The position numbers and the translations under genes are program-made. The notes below the pieces were generated by a model that made no database searches, had not been told where the DNA came from, and was given only the letters and a program-made list of their open reading frames with translations. Below, in pieces: positions 25,074-38,243 of a DNA stretch of 64,000 nucleotides (position 1 is the stretch's first letter; the number at the start of each line of letters is the position of its first letter). Location: NCBI RefSeq assembly GCF_963921235.1, contig NC_086109.1, positions 21,082,001 to 21,146,000 on the forward strand, in the 5' to 3' direction. This DNA comes from Mobula hypostoma (taxonomy: Eukaryota).

Positions 25074-25524
25074 CCAGGGGTGATTGATACATTCGTGGCC
25101 CAAGGTAGAAGGAGATGAGTTATTAATTTCAAACTTTCTGCATAATCACTCAAAGAGTTGAACTCAGGTGAATATAAGGAGGGCATCTTGGACCTCCAGG
25201 TGGTCCACAGCTGGGGTGATTGATAAGTTCGTGGCCTAAGGTAGAAGGAGATGAGTTATACAGCTCTTGTTACATGCACGTGAGTGAAAATACAGAAAGT
25301 TTGAAGTTAATAATTCATCTCCTTCTATCTTAAGCCACGAACTTATCAATCACCCCTGCTGTGGACCACTACTAGAGGTCCAGGACGCCGACTTCTACAA
25401 AGAAGGGATCCGTATGCTCCACGACCTCTGGACTAAGTGTGTAAATGTAGGAAAAATAAATGTGCTAGGTTTTAAAAAATTGACTCCTTTTACCTTAGGC
25501 CACAAACTTATCAATCACCCCTTG
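25074..25524. mobile_element. Mariner-derived non-autonomous element with four TIR copies
   Basis: TA on both sides (25072-73, 25525-26); TIR GGGGTGATTGATAAGTTCGTGGCCTAAGGTA; transposase C-terminal remnant DFYKEGIRMLHDLWTKCVNVG. Confidence 0.88.
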
Positions 25525-26104
25525 TAAAAATAGAGAGGTTGTGTTTCAGTTATATATGGAATTTGTAAGTTCACATTGAGCACTGTCCAAAGTCAGCCTC
25601 CTTATTTAATTGGGGGTGGGGGTCAATACACTGGAAAGGTTCAGGGAAGGTTTACCAGACCTGGGTCTGGAGACGGTGAGTTGCCCGGTGAGGAAAGGTT
25701 AGACTTTTATCTCTTGGAATTTAGAAGTGTGAGAGAGGTCTAGATTAAAACATATAATTCTTAAGAGAGTGGATGTTCAAAGGATGTACCGGGATCAAGA
25801 GTCATCTCTATTCGCCATACATATTTACGTGTGTTAGGAATTTGTTGTGGTGAGTTGGCCGGGGTGCCACTTGCAACAAAACAACAGCTTTCAACAATTA
25901 TAAAGAATAAGGAATTATATATACACTAATAAAGTGAGAGTTTAAGGATGGATGTGAAGTACAATGCACATACTGTACATAAATAAATGCCAGCATGTAT
26001 TTACAATGTAACAGCATTATAAACCAGTGGTTTAAAGTGTCCACAGTGCAGAAATGAGCAGTGACGGGGGTAACAGATAGAGGAGTGTGTGGGAAGGGAG
26101 AAAA

Positions 26105-26265
26105 ATGGTTGACTTTTTTGGCCGAGACCCGGATCCTAACGAAGGGTCTCGGCCCGAAATATCGACTGTTTATTCCTCTCCATAGATGTAATCTGATCTG
26201 CTGAGTTCCTTCAGCATTTTGTGTGAGTTATTCTGGATTTCCAGCATCTGCAGAATACCTAGTGC
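26105..26265 (+). mobile_element. Penelope pseudo-LTR fragment with fold-back and mutated hammerhead
   Basis: CCTAACGAAGGGTCTCGGCCCGAAATATCGACTG preceded by the inverted GGCCGAGACCC. Confidence 0.7.
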
Positions 26266-26379
26266 TTATAATTGTTGAATGCTGATTTTTTTTTTGTTGC
26301 TCGTCGCGCCCTGACTAATACACCACAGCGAATTCTTAATACATGTTAATGCATATGGCGAATAAAGTTGATCTGTGAT

Positions 26380-27660
26380 TCTTGATACTCGATGTGAGTT
26401 GTCTTCTTTTTTTGCTTGCGGTAAGGATTGATTCTGTTGGCTGCACTTTGCTAAAACGGGCTTAGAGTGGCACTGTGCCCCAGCGCATGAAGTTCCGGGG
26501 AGTCCCTTTGCGAAGACAACATCAGCAACAGCCGCGTAGCCCAACCCTACTCCCTCCCGTTCACCCTTTCTCTAACCACAGATCACACATCACACATCAC
26601 ACAACAGCTCCAAGGTCAGCATCTGAAGGAGCTTATTTCCTCCGGTAAACAGTACAGACATACAAACAGTCGGCCCCCTATCTACAACATCTCGCCACGC
26701 AGGAGAAACTCACGCAAATTCCAGCCACTGATCATCAGTGAGAGAAGTTGGACTCACTCACCCTCCTGTGTGTACGATTTTCCATTTTCTTGCGGAGATT
26801 TAAGTCAAGACTTCAGAGAGGCGGTGCCGCTGTGAAATATTGAAAGTTGGAAGAAATTATATTCCAGAAAGCATCCCTTCCAAAATTCTGCGCTTGGCGT
26901 GGTTGGGGGCGAATATCCCCCGCTTACTAAGAGGAGTGGAGTCAGAGGAAGCGGCATTGTCAGCGCCCATCTAAGACTAACCCAGAATGATCGGCGCTGC
27001 CGGGACGACTTGAATGGACGGAGGGCGACTGGTGGCTCAACCCCGCACAACAGGTAAGCGAGAGGAGGCTCCGGGGAAGATGCTACCCGAGGCTCCTGTG
27101 TCCTTTGGGAACTTAAAATGATATTCAACACCCATTGCAGTGCGCTGCGATAACTAATTCCAGTTTAAGTCTTCGGATTCTATCGATGGAAACGGGAGAG
27201 AGGTCAGCGCTAGCAAATGTCCAGCCCATGAACAATTGGATTTTTTCCACTTCACGCTATGCAACTAGCGGGAACTGATGAACCTTTTAGTTGGAGGTTC
27301 ATTCTCGGCGGCTCTATAACACGTTTTCTAAGGGAAGTTTTAAAATAGGAATAATCTGTAAACCGACTTTCACTTTAAAGTTCGCTCTAGTATTCGCTGT
27401 GCGGTAGCGTTAGCCCTATGTGTGTGCACGTATGATCAGTCTATTAGCAACCAGCTCCACGGTTCATCACGTACTTCCAACCGCTCGACGAGGAAAATAA
27501 TAAAATTTCCTTTAAGTTTACTAGGAATACGTTTTTAGCCGCAAAGTTTGTCCTTTTTTTAAAAAAAAGTCGGCCAGCATTCGTCCCCTTGTTCCTGTGC
27601 GGGCCCGGTGAAAGAGCTTTCCAAAGGACCCCACCTTCCCGGCCTCCGCTTCCTTCAAAG
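26380..27660. promoter_or_regulatory. CpG-rich non-repetitive segment, candidate bidirectional promoter/first-exon region
   Basis: Visible CpG enrichment against a CpG-poor background; outward-facing donors AGG|GTGAGT (minus, 26762/26761) and CAG|GTAAGC (plus, 27053/27054). Confidence 0.6.
27014..27053 (+). CDS. Candidate coding exon 1 of the plus-strand gene (MDGGRLVAQPRTT)
   Basis: ATG at 27014; consensus donor CAG|GTAAGC; ends in phase 1. Confidence 0.45.
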
Positions 27661-29174
27661 CCAAGCAGGCTTCTCCATCATTCAATTATCTTTTTGAGAG
27701 TTACCATTGAACCTGCCCCTGACGCTCTTCCAGGCTATGGTTAGAAACAGTTCATCCCTGTCAACAGCCCTTGAAATATTGAAGTTTTCCTTTAACCTTT
27801 TCTGCAATCAGGAGAATAAATGAAGTCTATGTATAATATCGGACCTGTTCTTACAATAGACCCAGACGTAAAGATGCTTGAAGTGGTAATGAAACTAAAT
27901 TAGTTCTATTTCTGACTGCATTAGGGTCTGTTTAACAATCCTAGATATTTCTGCTTGTTATTGCTAAATATACAAATGTAAGACCATGAGATGTAGGAAC
28001 AGAATTGGGTCATTTGGCCCATGCAGTCTGCTCCACCATTCCATGATGGCTGATTTATTATCCTCTGGACTCTATTCTCCTGTTTTCTCTCCTGCCTTGA
28101 TGCCCTGACTAATCAAGAACATATCAACCTCTGCTTCAAATATACCCGGTGACTTGGCCTCTGCAACTGCCGGTGGCAATGAATTGCACAGATCCACCAG
28201 TTAATGGAGTGCATTTTGGAGGCAGAGTAGGACGCGCTGACACTACTGTCCATTTGTAGAGAGACAAGAGGATTTTGATACTGGAATCTGGAGCAACAAA
28301 CAAGAAGCTGGAGGAAATCAGTGGGTTGCAGCATGTGGAGGAAAATATTGCTTGTCTATTTCTTGTTAGAGCTACCGTCTGAGCCGTTGACCTTCTCCAG
28401 CATTTTGTTTGTGGCACCTATACACGTGTTTAATGTTACCAACCTTGGAGGAAGTTCAACTCATCTATATCCTGCTTGTCAACATGGTGGGTGGCCTTGT
28501 CTTTCACTCCTTCCCTCTTTCATGTCTCCATCCCTCTTTCACCCCTTCCTCTTTTCTTTCTCATTCACCCTTTTCCCTTTCCTCACTTCCTCCCTCTTAC
28601 CTTCTTTCTCTTTTCTCTTTTCTACTTTCTCTCCCCCCCTCTACTTTTCCTTAAATTCCTCTTGCTCTCACCCTCCCCGCTCCCGCAGCTCTGTCTCTTG
28701 CACAATGGGTAAAAAGCTTTGGAGGTGTTTGAGTAAGGATGAGGTTAGAGAGTTCATAAAACTTCTAAACTGGCCAATCAAAATGGTATATCTATAGTTC
28801 CATGAAGTTTTTGCAGGTGAATTGTCATTACCCACTCATTCATGGCCACACTTCATGAGCTGCCTAACTATACATAGGGATTAAATAAGACATACAAGCA
28901 GAATTAGAGCATTCTTTCCTTGAATCAGCCATTCAGTCATGGCTGTTTTTATTTTCTCAATCCCTTTCTCTTGCCACCTCCCTGTAACCCTTAATCCTTA
29001 TACCAATCAAGAACCTATCAATCTTTGCTTTAAATGCATCCAATGGCTTAGATGTCCACTGTGACTTCAGATTTCCCATGTCTACAGGTTTTTGCTTTTC
29101 AAGATCATTGCAGCTCTGGTCTTGCCCTTCCATGGTCCAACAAGTTTTCCTCCAGCAGATTAACATTAGATTAT

Positions 29175-29495
29175 AAAGTAAGATTAGCTTTATTTGTCAC
29201 ATTACATCAAATCATCAAAACATGCAGTGACGTGTGTAGCTTGCGTAAACGACCAAAACTGTTTGAGGATGTGCTGGGGGCTGCCCGCAAATATTGCTAT
29301 ACTTTTGGCTCCAATATACCATGCCGACAACTTACTAGCCCATACATCTTTGGAATGTGGGAGGAAACTGGAGCACGTGGAGGAAACCCACGTGGTCACG
29401 GGGAGAAAGTACAAGCTCCTTGCAGTCAGTGGCAGGAATTGAACTCGTATTGCTGGCACTGTAAAACACTATGCTAATCGCTATGCTATTATGCA
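29175..29495 (-). mobile_element. V-domain SINE, near full length
   Basis: TGTGGGAGGAAACTGGAGCACGTGGAGGAAACCCACG core; GATTAGCTTTATTTGTCAC tail. Confidence 0.8.
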
Positions 29496-30066
29496 GTCAC
29501 AATTTGGTTTCATTTTCCGAAGGCAGCCTTCCACCAAACATATTGTTAGCACTAGCATAACACTGCATTGGACAGTCAAGTTAGGCAGAGGCACAGACAC
29601 AAAGAGAATACTCAATTTGGGAAGATCTTTGAATCTGTACTCCACTTAATATTTGCTATGTTTATGAGAGGATAAAAAGTAAGTGGTGTCACTCTACTCG
29701 GGATGCATTTTACACTTGCTTTACTTGGCCCAAGTTTTAAGCAGCACTTTCTATCTATACGAAATAAGGCAATTTTGTAAACAGATGGTAAAACCCTACA
29801 GTTGTGAAAGAAATGATTTCACCTACCATATCTCTACTGAATTTATAATTCAATTTCCTCAGGAATTTATAGATCCAAATACTGTTCAAAATATATCACA
29901 ATACTTCTCAGATTACAACAGTTATTAAGAAACTTTGGATTCATTTCTCATTTGAAAACTTTTAAGTTCCAGCATCTGGCTGAAAACTTTGTGAACTGCT
30001 GTCCCAGTGTAGTTTTGGGAACAGAGGTAGATTAGCCATTCTTTCTCCTGCGTAAATTTCGTTCAG

Positions 30067-30090
30067 GTTCACATGCTTTGGAAATGCAAA
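30067..30090 (+). CDS. Candidate 24-nt microexon (GSHALEMQ)
   Basis: Pyrimidine tract with TTCAG| acceptor; AAA|GTAAGA donor; phase 1-1, open. Confidence 0.4.
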
Positions 30091-31012
30091 GTAAGAATTT
30101 TCATGAGGAATAATGCCTCGTTCCATCAGAATGAGCAGCATGACGGTCATGCTAAAGAAGAGACATTCCAGACAGTCATGGAAATAGACTGACTGGGAGA
30201 CATGTTTGATGGACTGAATAATCTTTTTATAAGTGTATGTTTTTATGTATTCATAGGATGCTGATAGCTGAAGAATTTAAAGTCAACCATGTTGATTAGT
30301 CTGTAGATGCATATAGTCTAGAACACATCCTTTCCTGAAAGACATTTTCGGTTGTCATAGAATCATAGAGCACTACAGCACAGAAACAGCCCCTTAGCCC
30401 ATCCAGTTTGTGCCAAGCTGTCAACCTCTTTAGTTCCACAAACTAGGTCCCTTCATACCTCTCCCATCTATATATTATCTAAACTTTTCTTAAATGGTGT
30501 AATCAAATCCAAATCCACATCACTGGCAGCTCATTCTACACTCATGCCACCTTCTGAGTGAAGAAATTCTCCCTCAGATTGCCTTAAATATTTCACCTTT
30601 CACCCTTGACCTATGATCTCTAGTTATAGCTTTGCCCAAATTCAGTGGAAAAAGCCTGATTGCATTTACCCTTTCTATACCCCTCATCATTTTACATGCC
30701 TCTATCAAATCTCCCTTCACTCTCCTAGTTGTCTCATAGCTATGTGCTGAGATGAGGCTTGTTATTGCTGGTGTCAGTTTTATTTTCAGTTTAATTACTT
30801 GAATTTAACTTCTCCACCTGCCACAGTAGGAGTTAAATTCATGCTCCAGATTAATGGTCTAGTGATCAGGTTTCTGTTCCACAAGGGTCCTATAGCCTTA
30901 TTGCCAGTTTAAAAAAATTACCAGATGAGTGCTGGGCCAATTAAAATAGCAACCTGTTGGTAAAGGTTGAAGGTATGGCTGGGGGCTAAATCTTGCAGTG
31001 TTGTTTCTGAAG

Positions 31013-31072
31013 AGGACTTTGCCGGATCTGCAAAGGACATGAGAAGTGAAATACTAGAGGAATTCCAAATCG
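31013..31072 (+). CDS. Candidate 60-nt exon (KDFAGSAKDMRSEILEEFQI)
   Basis: Donor TCG|GTAAGA; acceptor TTGTTTCTGAAG| (alternative CAG at 30998); phase 1-1, open. Confidence 0.4.
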
Positions 31073-31469
31073 GTAAGATTGGGTTAGTAAAAAGGCTGAT
31101 ATAGAGATAAAATACCCAGTCCTTCACTGATTCTTCACCAATTCTTCACCAACCTGTCCTAAACACTAAAGAGTAAAGGTAGGCTCAAAGAGGGATGTTT
31201 ATTTTCCTCATGTGGAGAACTGGATTCAATCTGAGGAACAAGCAGGTATCTGCAGCTTGTAGATATCCGGCATGCTACAGCATTAAGTCTGAGAACCCTT
31301 CCAACATGCTTCGGCAGATGAGGAATGTTGGGAACTGGTAGATACCAAATAGCCGAATAAAAATGAGTGTGAGAGCAAGCAGTTACATACCTATATATGT
31401 CACTTAGTGCAGTTTTTGGCTTCATCCAGTGAATTAAACGGCTGTGGAAACGTGTTTTTCAGGGTCTTT

Positions 31470-32005
31470 AGATATAAGATATAAGATATAGGAGCAGAAT
31501 TAGGCAAGTCGATTATGGTTAATTTATTATCCCTTTCAACCTCCTTCTCCTACCTTCTCCTGGTATCCGTTAATACTCTTACTAACTCAAGAACCGATCA
31601 ATCTTCACTTTAATGATCTGGCCATCACAGCTGTCTGTGGCAATGAATTCCACAGATTCACCACCTCTGGCTGAAGAAATTCCTACTTTACTGTTCCAAA
31701 GGACTTATTCTGAGGTTGAGGTCTCTTGTCCTAGACTCTCCCACTAATGGAAACATCCTCTCCACGTTCACTCTATCCAAGTCTTTCAATATTTAAAAGG
31801 TTTGAATGTATCCCTCCCCCCATTCTTCTAAACTCCAGTGGGTACAGGCCCAGAGCCATCAAACACTGCCCACTCATGAACCCCCTCATTCTGGGATCAT
31901 TGTTGTGACCTTCCTCTGTATCCTCTCCAAAGCCAGCATGTTAGATAAGTGGCCACAAACTGCTCGCAAATGCAGTCTGACCCAATGCCTTGTAAAGCCG
32001 TAGCA
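31470..32005 (-). mobile_element. CR1 3' fragment
   Basis: (GATATAA)n tail; similar to 1-390 and 690-870. Confidence 0.8.
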
Positions 32006-34243
32006 TTAAGTCCTCAAGCTCTTTGATGTCTATGCACTGAGTGAGGGCAGGAGACCTTTCTACTGGGTCCTGTTTTATTGTCTGAGACTTGGCTGGGACT
32101 ATTTCAAATTAGATAAAGGTAACTATACAACTTTGGCAAACAATCTAATGGAAGAAATTGTACCCTAACCAGGAAGCTGCTTAACAGCGTAAACTTGCAG
32201 AGAGATCCAGTGGTTTAGTCAATATATTAAAATAATAACTCGTGTTTAGCTCAGGCAGGGATTCTAATTATGATTTGAACTCCCTTTGATCTGCTAATTG
32301 CTGGAAGTGCAAATTGATAATGGACCATTTGGGAAGCCTGAAAATATTAAGACTAAAGGCCAGTTTACTTTCCCAATGAAATTTAAGTTTTGACAAAAAA
32401 AAAATTAGGAATAATGGAAGAGAAAGTAAAGTGAACTGGAGATGATACAAACAAAAAGGGTGAAAGAAGAAGTAAATTAAGAGAAAATAGGGAAAAGGTC
32501 ATGAATGAAAAGTAGGAAAAAAATGGAACCCTGAAAATTTGAATAACATGACCAATGTTATTTAATAATATTTTTGTAAATGAAGGATTGCTTTTCCATT
32601 GATTCAGTTGTGCTGCTTTCAGTGTGGAGAGGTTGAACGATGTAGGATCAAAAATCTCATTATAAATGTACAATTTTTCCAACATTTGTGGTCAGGTTAA
32701 TTGGTAATTAATGTGCTGGTGCAGTAAATTTGTGGAACTCAGGGGAGGGTTTAGGACCAGCTGCTTTTTTAGGAGGCTAGTAGTGAGGAAGTGTAAATTA
32801 TCTAGAAATGGTTATGGGATTATCTGCATTTCTGCCTCACCATGATCAAGTTGCTGGATAATTTACAGCTTAATAATAACATTAAATACTCCCTTATTCT
32901 GATCATGAAAACCAGGGTTTGAAGTTCATTTCTGCTTTGAACGATATTTCATGAAATGGTGTGAGTCCCAGTTGTAAAATGCATCTTTCTGATATCAGTT
33001 GCTTCTTACATTCCATCGTTTTTGGGAACGGGGCTTGGACTCGAGGAGAATCACAAACCAGTTCCCGTGCTATAATGTCCATGGGGAGAAAAGGTCAAAG
33101 ATAAGTCAGCAGTCAGAAGACCTGCTGAAAATCTGTCCTTCAAAAGGGATAAAACAGGCTCACAGCCCTTGTCTCTCTTATAAACCTGACCTATATTTTC
33201 ATACTAGACAAAGCTGTCAATCAAATTCACAAATCCCAACAGACCCAGAAACGTGCATCACATAAAATATTTACTCGATAGTTTTTGTTCAATCAGAACT
33301 GAAAACCAACTTGTTCAAGTAGCTACTAAAGCTATTACTAAAGTAAATAACGTTCATCAAATCTTAATGTTCAAGGTATAAACGTCATATTCCCTTTAAA
33401 TAATGGCAGATCTGCAATTAGTTTCTGCTGGAGTTGATGCACATCATGTCCGTCATGGGCACCAGCCTCCCCAGCAGTGGGGAACACCTTCCAAAAGTGA
33501 TGCTTCAAAAAGGCAGCATCCATCATTAAGGGCCCTCATCTCCCATGGTGTGCCCTCTCCTTATTGCTACCATCAGGGAGGAGGTACAGGAGCGTGAACA
33601 TCTTCTAACCCTCCACCCTCAGATTTCTGAATGGATAATGAACACGACCTCACTCGTTTTACTCTCTATATTCAATAGTTCCATTTAATATCAGAAAGAT
33701 GTATACAATATACGTCCTGAAATCCTTTTTCTTCGCAGATGCGAAAACAGAAGAGTGCCCAAAACAATGAATCACAGTACCAACATTAGAATCCAAAGCT
33801 CCCTGCCCTTCCCATGCACAAGCAACAGCAAAGCAAAGACTTCCCGCCACCACCATCCACTTCTGCAAAAAAGCATCAGCACCTTCAGGAATTTGAATTA
33901 TATATATATTATTGTGATTTATATATTTTAATGTATTGTGCTGTAATACTGCTACAAAACAACAAATTTCATGATATATGTCAGCGATACTAAGCCTGAT
34001 TCTGCCACACAAGCCTTCTCTTAATTAATGTTCTGCATTCCCGTCAGGGTAACTCCCTACATCATTCTACTTCCCTAACTTTGTTGCCCTAAGTACGTCT
34101 TTTACTAATCTGGCTGATGGCATTTTGTTTTGATTTCCTTATTGGATTTTTTCCAACAATACTGTAGGGTTATGGACTAGTTTTGAAATCTGTCACAGCA
34201 GAAACATGCACCGAGTTTTCTCTTCTCTACCCCCTTCATAATT

Positions 34244-36104
34244 ACACTCTGTGGCCACATTATTTGTTACCTCCTGTACCTAATAGAGTGGCTGCTGATC
34301 GTATGTTCATGCTCTTTTGCTGCTGCAGGACATTCACTTCAAGATTCAACATGTCGTGCGTTCAGAGATGCTCTTCTGCACACCAATAACTGCGTGGTTA
34401 TTTGAGCTACTGCTACCCTCCTGTCTGATTGAACCAGTCTGGCCATTCTCCTCTGACCTCTCTCATTAGCAAAGTGTTTTCACCCACAGAACTGCCAGCC
34501 AGAGACTGTTTTTTTTTGCATCATTCTCTGTAAACTTTAGAGACTGTTGTGCTTGAATATCCCAGGAGATGAGCAGCTTCTGAGATACCCCATTACCCTG
34601 TCTGACATCAACAATCATTTCACAGTCAAAGTCACTTAGAACACATTTTTTCCTATTCTGATGTTAGGCTCGAACAGCAACTGAACCTCTTGACTGTGAC
34701 AGCATGCTTTTATGAATTCAGTAACTGCCGCAGGTTTGGCTGAATGGATATTTGCATTACCAAGTAAAGTGGTCGGTGATTGTATATTCAAGCAACATAC
34801 ATCAAAGTTGCTGGTGAAAGCAGCAGGCCAGGCAGCATCTGTAGGAAGAGGTGCAGTCGATGTTTCAGGCCGAGACCCTTCGTCAGGACTAACTGAAGGA
34901 AGAGTGAGTAAGGGATTTGAAAGTGGGAGGGGGAGATCCAAAATGATAGGAGAAGACAGGAGGGGGAGGGATAGAGCCAAGAGCTGGACAGGTGATAGGC
35001 AAAAGGGGATACGAGAGGATCATGGGACAGGAGGTCCGGGAAGAAAGACAAGGGCGGGGGGGGACCCAGAGGATGGGCAAGGGGTATATTCAGAGGGACA
35101 GAGGGAGAAAAAGGAGAGTGAGAGGAAGAATGTGTGCATAAAAATAAGTAACAGATGGGGTACGAGGGGGAGGTGGGGCCTTAGCGGAAGTTAGAGAAGT
35201 CGATGTTCATGCCATTGTATATTCATGTGATTGTATATTCATGCTCTTCTGCTACTCTAGCACATCCACTTCAAGGTTCGACACGTTGTGCATTCAGAGA
35301 CGTTCTGCACGCTGCTGTCGTAATGCATTGTTATTTGAGTTGCTATTGCCTTCCTGTCAGCTTGAACCAGTCTGGCTAATCTTCTCTGACCTCTCCCATT
35401 ATCAAGATGCTTTTGCCTACAGAACTGCACCTCAATGGATGTTTTAACCATATAACAACTACAGCATGGAAACAGGCCATCTCGGCCCTTCTAGTCCGTG
35501 CCGAACTCTTCCTCTCACCTTGTCCCACCGACCTGCACTCAGCCCATAACCCTCCATTTCCTTCCTGTCCATATAGCTATTTCCCCTCTCATCTCAAACC
35601 TATGCCCTCTAGCACAAGGTATTTCAAAAATGCTAAAGAGTTACTGACTGTCTACCCCATCTCTCATAAAATGTCTTTATCAGTCTCAGCTTCCAATACT
35701 CCAGAGAGAACAACCTCAGTTTGTCTAAACTCTCTTTATAGCTAATACTCTCTAATCCAGGCCCCATCCTGGTGAACCTCCTCTGCACCCTCTCTGATAC
35801 CTCCAGATCTTTTCTTTTTGTTTTTTTTTGCACCACTCTCCATAACCTCTAGATACTGTTGTGTGAAAATCACAGGAAATCAGCAGTGTCTGAGATACTC
35901 AAATCACCCCATCTGCCACCAACAATCCTTCCACGATCAAAATCGAGATCATGTTTCTATCCCATTCTGATGTTTGGTCTGAACAACAACTGACCACATC
36001 TGCATGCTGTTATGGACTGAGTTGCTGCCACATGATTGGGGATTAGATATTTGCATTAATGAGCAGGGGTACAGGTGTACCTAATAAAGTGGCCACTAAA
36101 TGTA
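34244..36104 (-). mobile_element. Two tandem Tc1-like deletion derivatives (family of 13245-13764) with Penelope and CR1 inserts
   Basis: TIR words TACACTCTGTGGCCAC and AATAAAGTGGCCACTAAATGTA; ORF 35257-35451 (RLARLVQADRKAIATQIT). Confidence 0.78.
34791..35213 (-). mobile_element. Penelope-like element 3' end with hammerhead at 34855-34890
   Basis: Near-identical to 8230-8652; TSD ATTGTATATTCA at 34779-34790 and 35214-35225. Confidence 0.85.
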
Positions 36105-36499
36105 TAGTGGAAAGAAAGAGCTTCAGACTGTTTATTCTGACCCAATAGTTATAATCTCTCAATTCTGGTATCATATTAATGTTCATCTCACTTGACAAAA
36201 ATCATTCTCAGTTGTTTATTAATATTGCTGGCTTGGTGAAGCATAATTTATGTTCCTGTATCTGGCAGAAAGCAATAATAGCTAATGTGTTCAGGAAATA
36301 ATCCAATAAATAATCCAAAAGAGAGGAAAATGCTCTGTTCTTATCTCAATTTCCCCAGCACAGTCTGTGCAGTGAGCTTCCAATCTTAGGACAGATATTA
36401 GCACCACAGAAGTGATTCATTGCACCAAAGTATCTGATGAGGCAGTGTTTTTATATGGAGTGGAGTGTGAAACTTCTGATAGTTAAGGCAAGACTAATA

Positions 36500-37130
36500 T
36501 AACCATATAACAATTACAGCACGGAAACAGGCCACTCGGCCCTTCTAGTCCGTGCCGAATGCTTACTCTCACCTAGTGCCATTTACCTGCACTCAGCCCA
36601 TAACCCTCCATTCCTTTCCTGTCCATATACCTATCCAATTTTTTTTTTAATGACAAAATTGAATCTGCCTCTACCACTTCTACTGGACCTCGTTCCACAC
36701 AGCTATCACTCTCTGAGTAAAGAAGTTCCTCCTCGTGTTACCCCTAAACTTTTGCCCCTTAACTCTCAACTCATGTTCTCTTGTTTGAATCTCCCCTACT
36801 CTCAATGGAAAGAGCCTATCCACGTCAACTCTATCCCCCTCATAATTTTAAATACCTCTATCAGGCACCCTCCCCCAACCTTCTACGCTCCAAAGAATAA
36901 AGACCTAACTTGTTCAACCTTTTTCTGTAACTTAGGTGCTGAAACCCAGGCAATATTCTAGTAAATCTCCTCTGTACCCTCTCTATTTTGTTGACATCTT
37001 TCCTATAATTCAATGACCAGAACTGTACACAATACTCCAAATTTGGCCTCACCAATGCCTTGTACAATTTTAACATTACGTCCTAACTCCTGTTCTCAGT
37101 GCTCTGATTTATAAAGGCCAGCATACTAAT
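36500..37130 (-). mobile_element. CR1 3' fragment
   Basis: ORF 36861-37076 (LYKALVRPNLEYCVQFWS, ERVQRRFTR). Confidence 0.9.
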
Positions 37131-37987
37131 GTCACCAAGTAGTAAGCGGCATTGGGAAGTATAGGATATAATGCATCAGAAGTCGTTTAAAGAATACTAA
37201 CTGGACTAACATCCGTATCGCTGACAAAAGAGAATTCAGACAGTGGAGTCTGAAGCATAAACAAACCGCTGGAGGAATTCAAGTAGCATCTATGCCAGCG
37301 ACATGGTCATCATTTCAAGTTGATTTTTATTTATTCAGAAATATTCAGATTACAGGCCTCTCTGGCCCAACAGACCCATGTCACCCGTTGATACCCATAT
37401 GACCAATTAATCTGCGGACACATTCGTCTTTAGAACATGGGAGGAAACGCGAGCATCTGGAGGAAACACACACCAGTCATGGGGAGAACGTGAAAGCTCT
37501 TTGCAGTCAGTGGTGGGAACGGACTCGGGTTAGTGTGGTTCTGTGATAGCATTGTGCTAACTGCGACACTACCGTGCTGCCCCACAGTATTAGAATATAC
37601 AGAGCCTCGGCCCGAAACCTCGGCCATCTCTTTGAATCCACAGATGCTGCTTGACCCACTGGGTGCTTCCTGCTGCTTTTTAATGGTTTGGATTGGGTGG
37701 GTTGTGTTTGTACTTGCACAGTATAGAAGAGTGCGAGGGAAATTCATAGAAACACAAGATCCTAATGGACTTAATGTGGTGGATGTGGAGAAAATGTTTC
37801 CACTTGCAGAATGATCTTAAGCTAAGGGGTGTTGTTTAAAAATAAGAGGTCACCCATTTAAGGCAGGTTCAGAGATGAGAAAATCTTTTCTTTCTGAAGT
37901 TCCTGAATATTTGAAACTTTTCCTCAAAAAGCAATAAAAATGGTCCTTGAATATTTTTGAGGTATATACAGTAGGTATTTGATAAGC

Positions 37988-38243
37988 GACCCGGCTGGTG
38001 GCATAGTGGCATCAGTTTTGGACTTCAGGACGAAAGGTCTAGAGTTCGAATCCAGCTGGCTCCCCTGCACGCCTTTCATCCGTGCTGGGTTACGAGCTGG
38101 TGACCTCTTTGGAAACTCACCCGGCAGAAGGCAATGGCAAACCACTGCTGTAACTTGCCTCATACGCGGTTCCCCACTACGTCAGAGAGGCGTGGAGGGA
38201 AATCGTCCGCTAACCGGAGAAACTCCGGATGCAACGTATCTAA
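37988..38243 (+). mobile_element. Full-length tRNA-derived SINE carrying an RTE 5' motif
   Basis: A box TGGCATAGTGG, B box GTTCGAATCC; GAAGGCAATGGCAAACCAC motif; 11-bp TSD ATTTGATAAGC at 37977-37987 and 38244-38254. Confidence 0.85.

Noticed and set aside
28321..28797. 158-aa F/S/L/P-rich ORF as a membrane protein
   Set aside because: Translation of a low-complexity CT-rich tract
29088..29177. Plus-strand exon (TACAG|...AAA|GTAAG)
   Set aside because: Wedged between a CR1 tail and a SINE tail that supplies the donor; not phase-compatible with the chain
37988..38070. tRNA gene
   Set aside because: A/B boxes continue into a SINE body bounded by an 11-bp TSD; no clean cloverleaf
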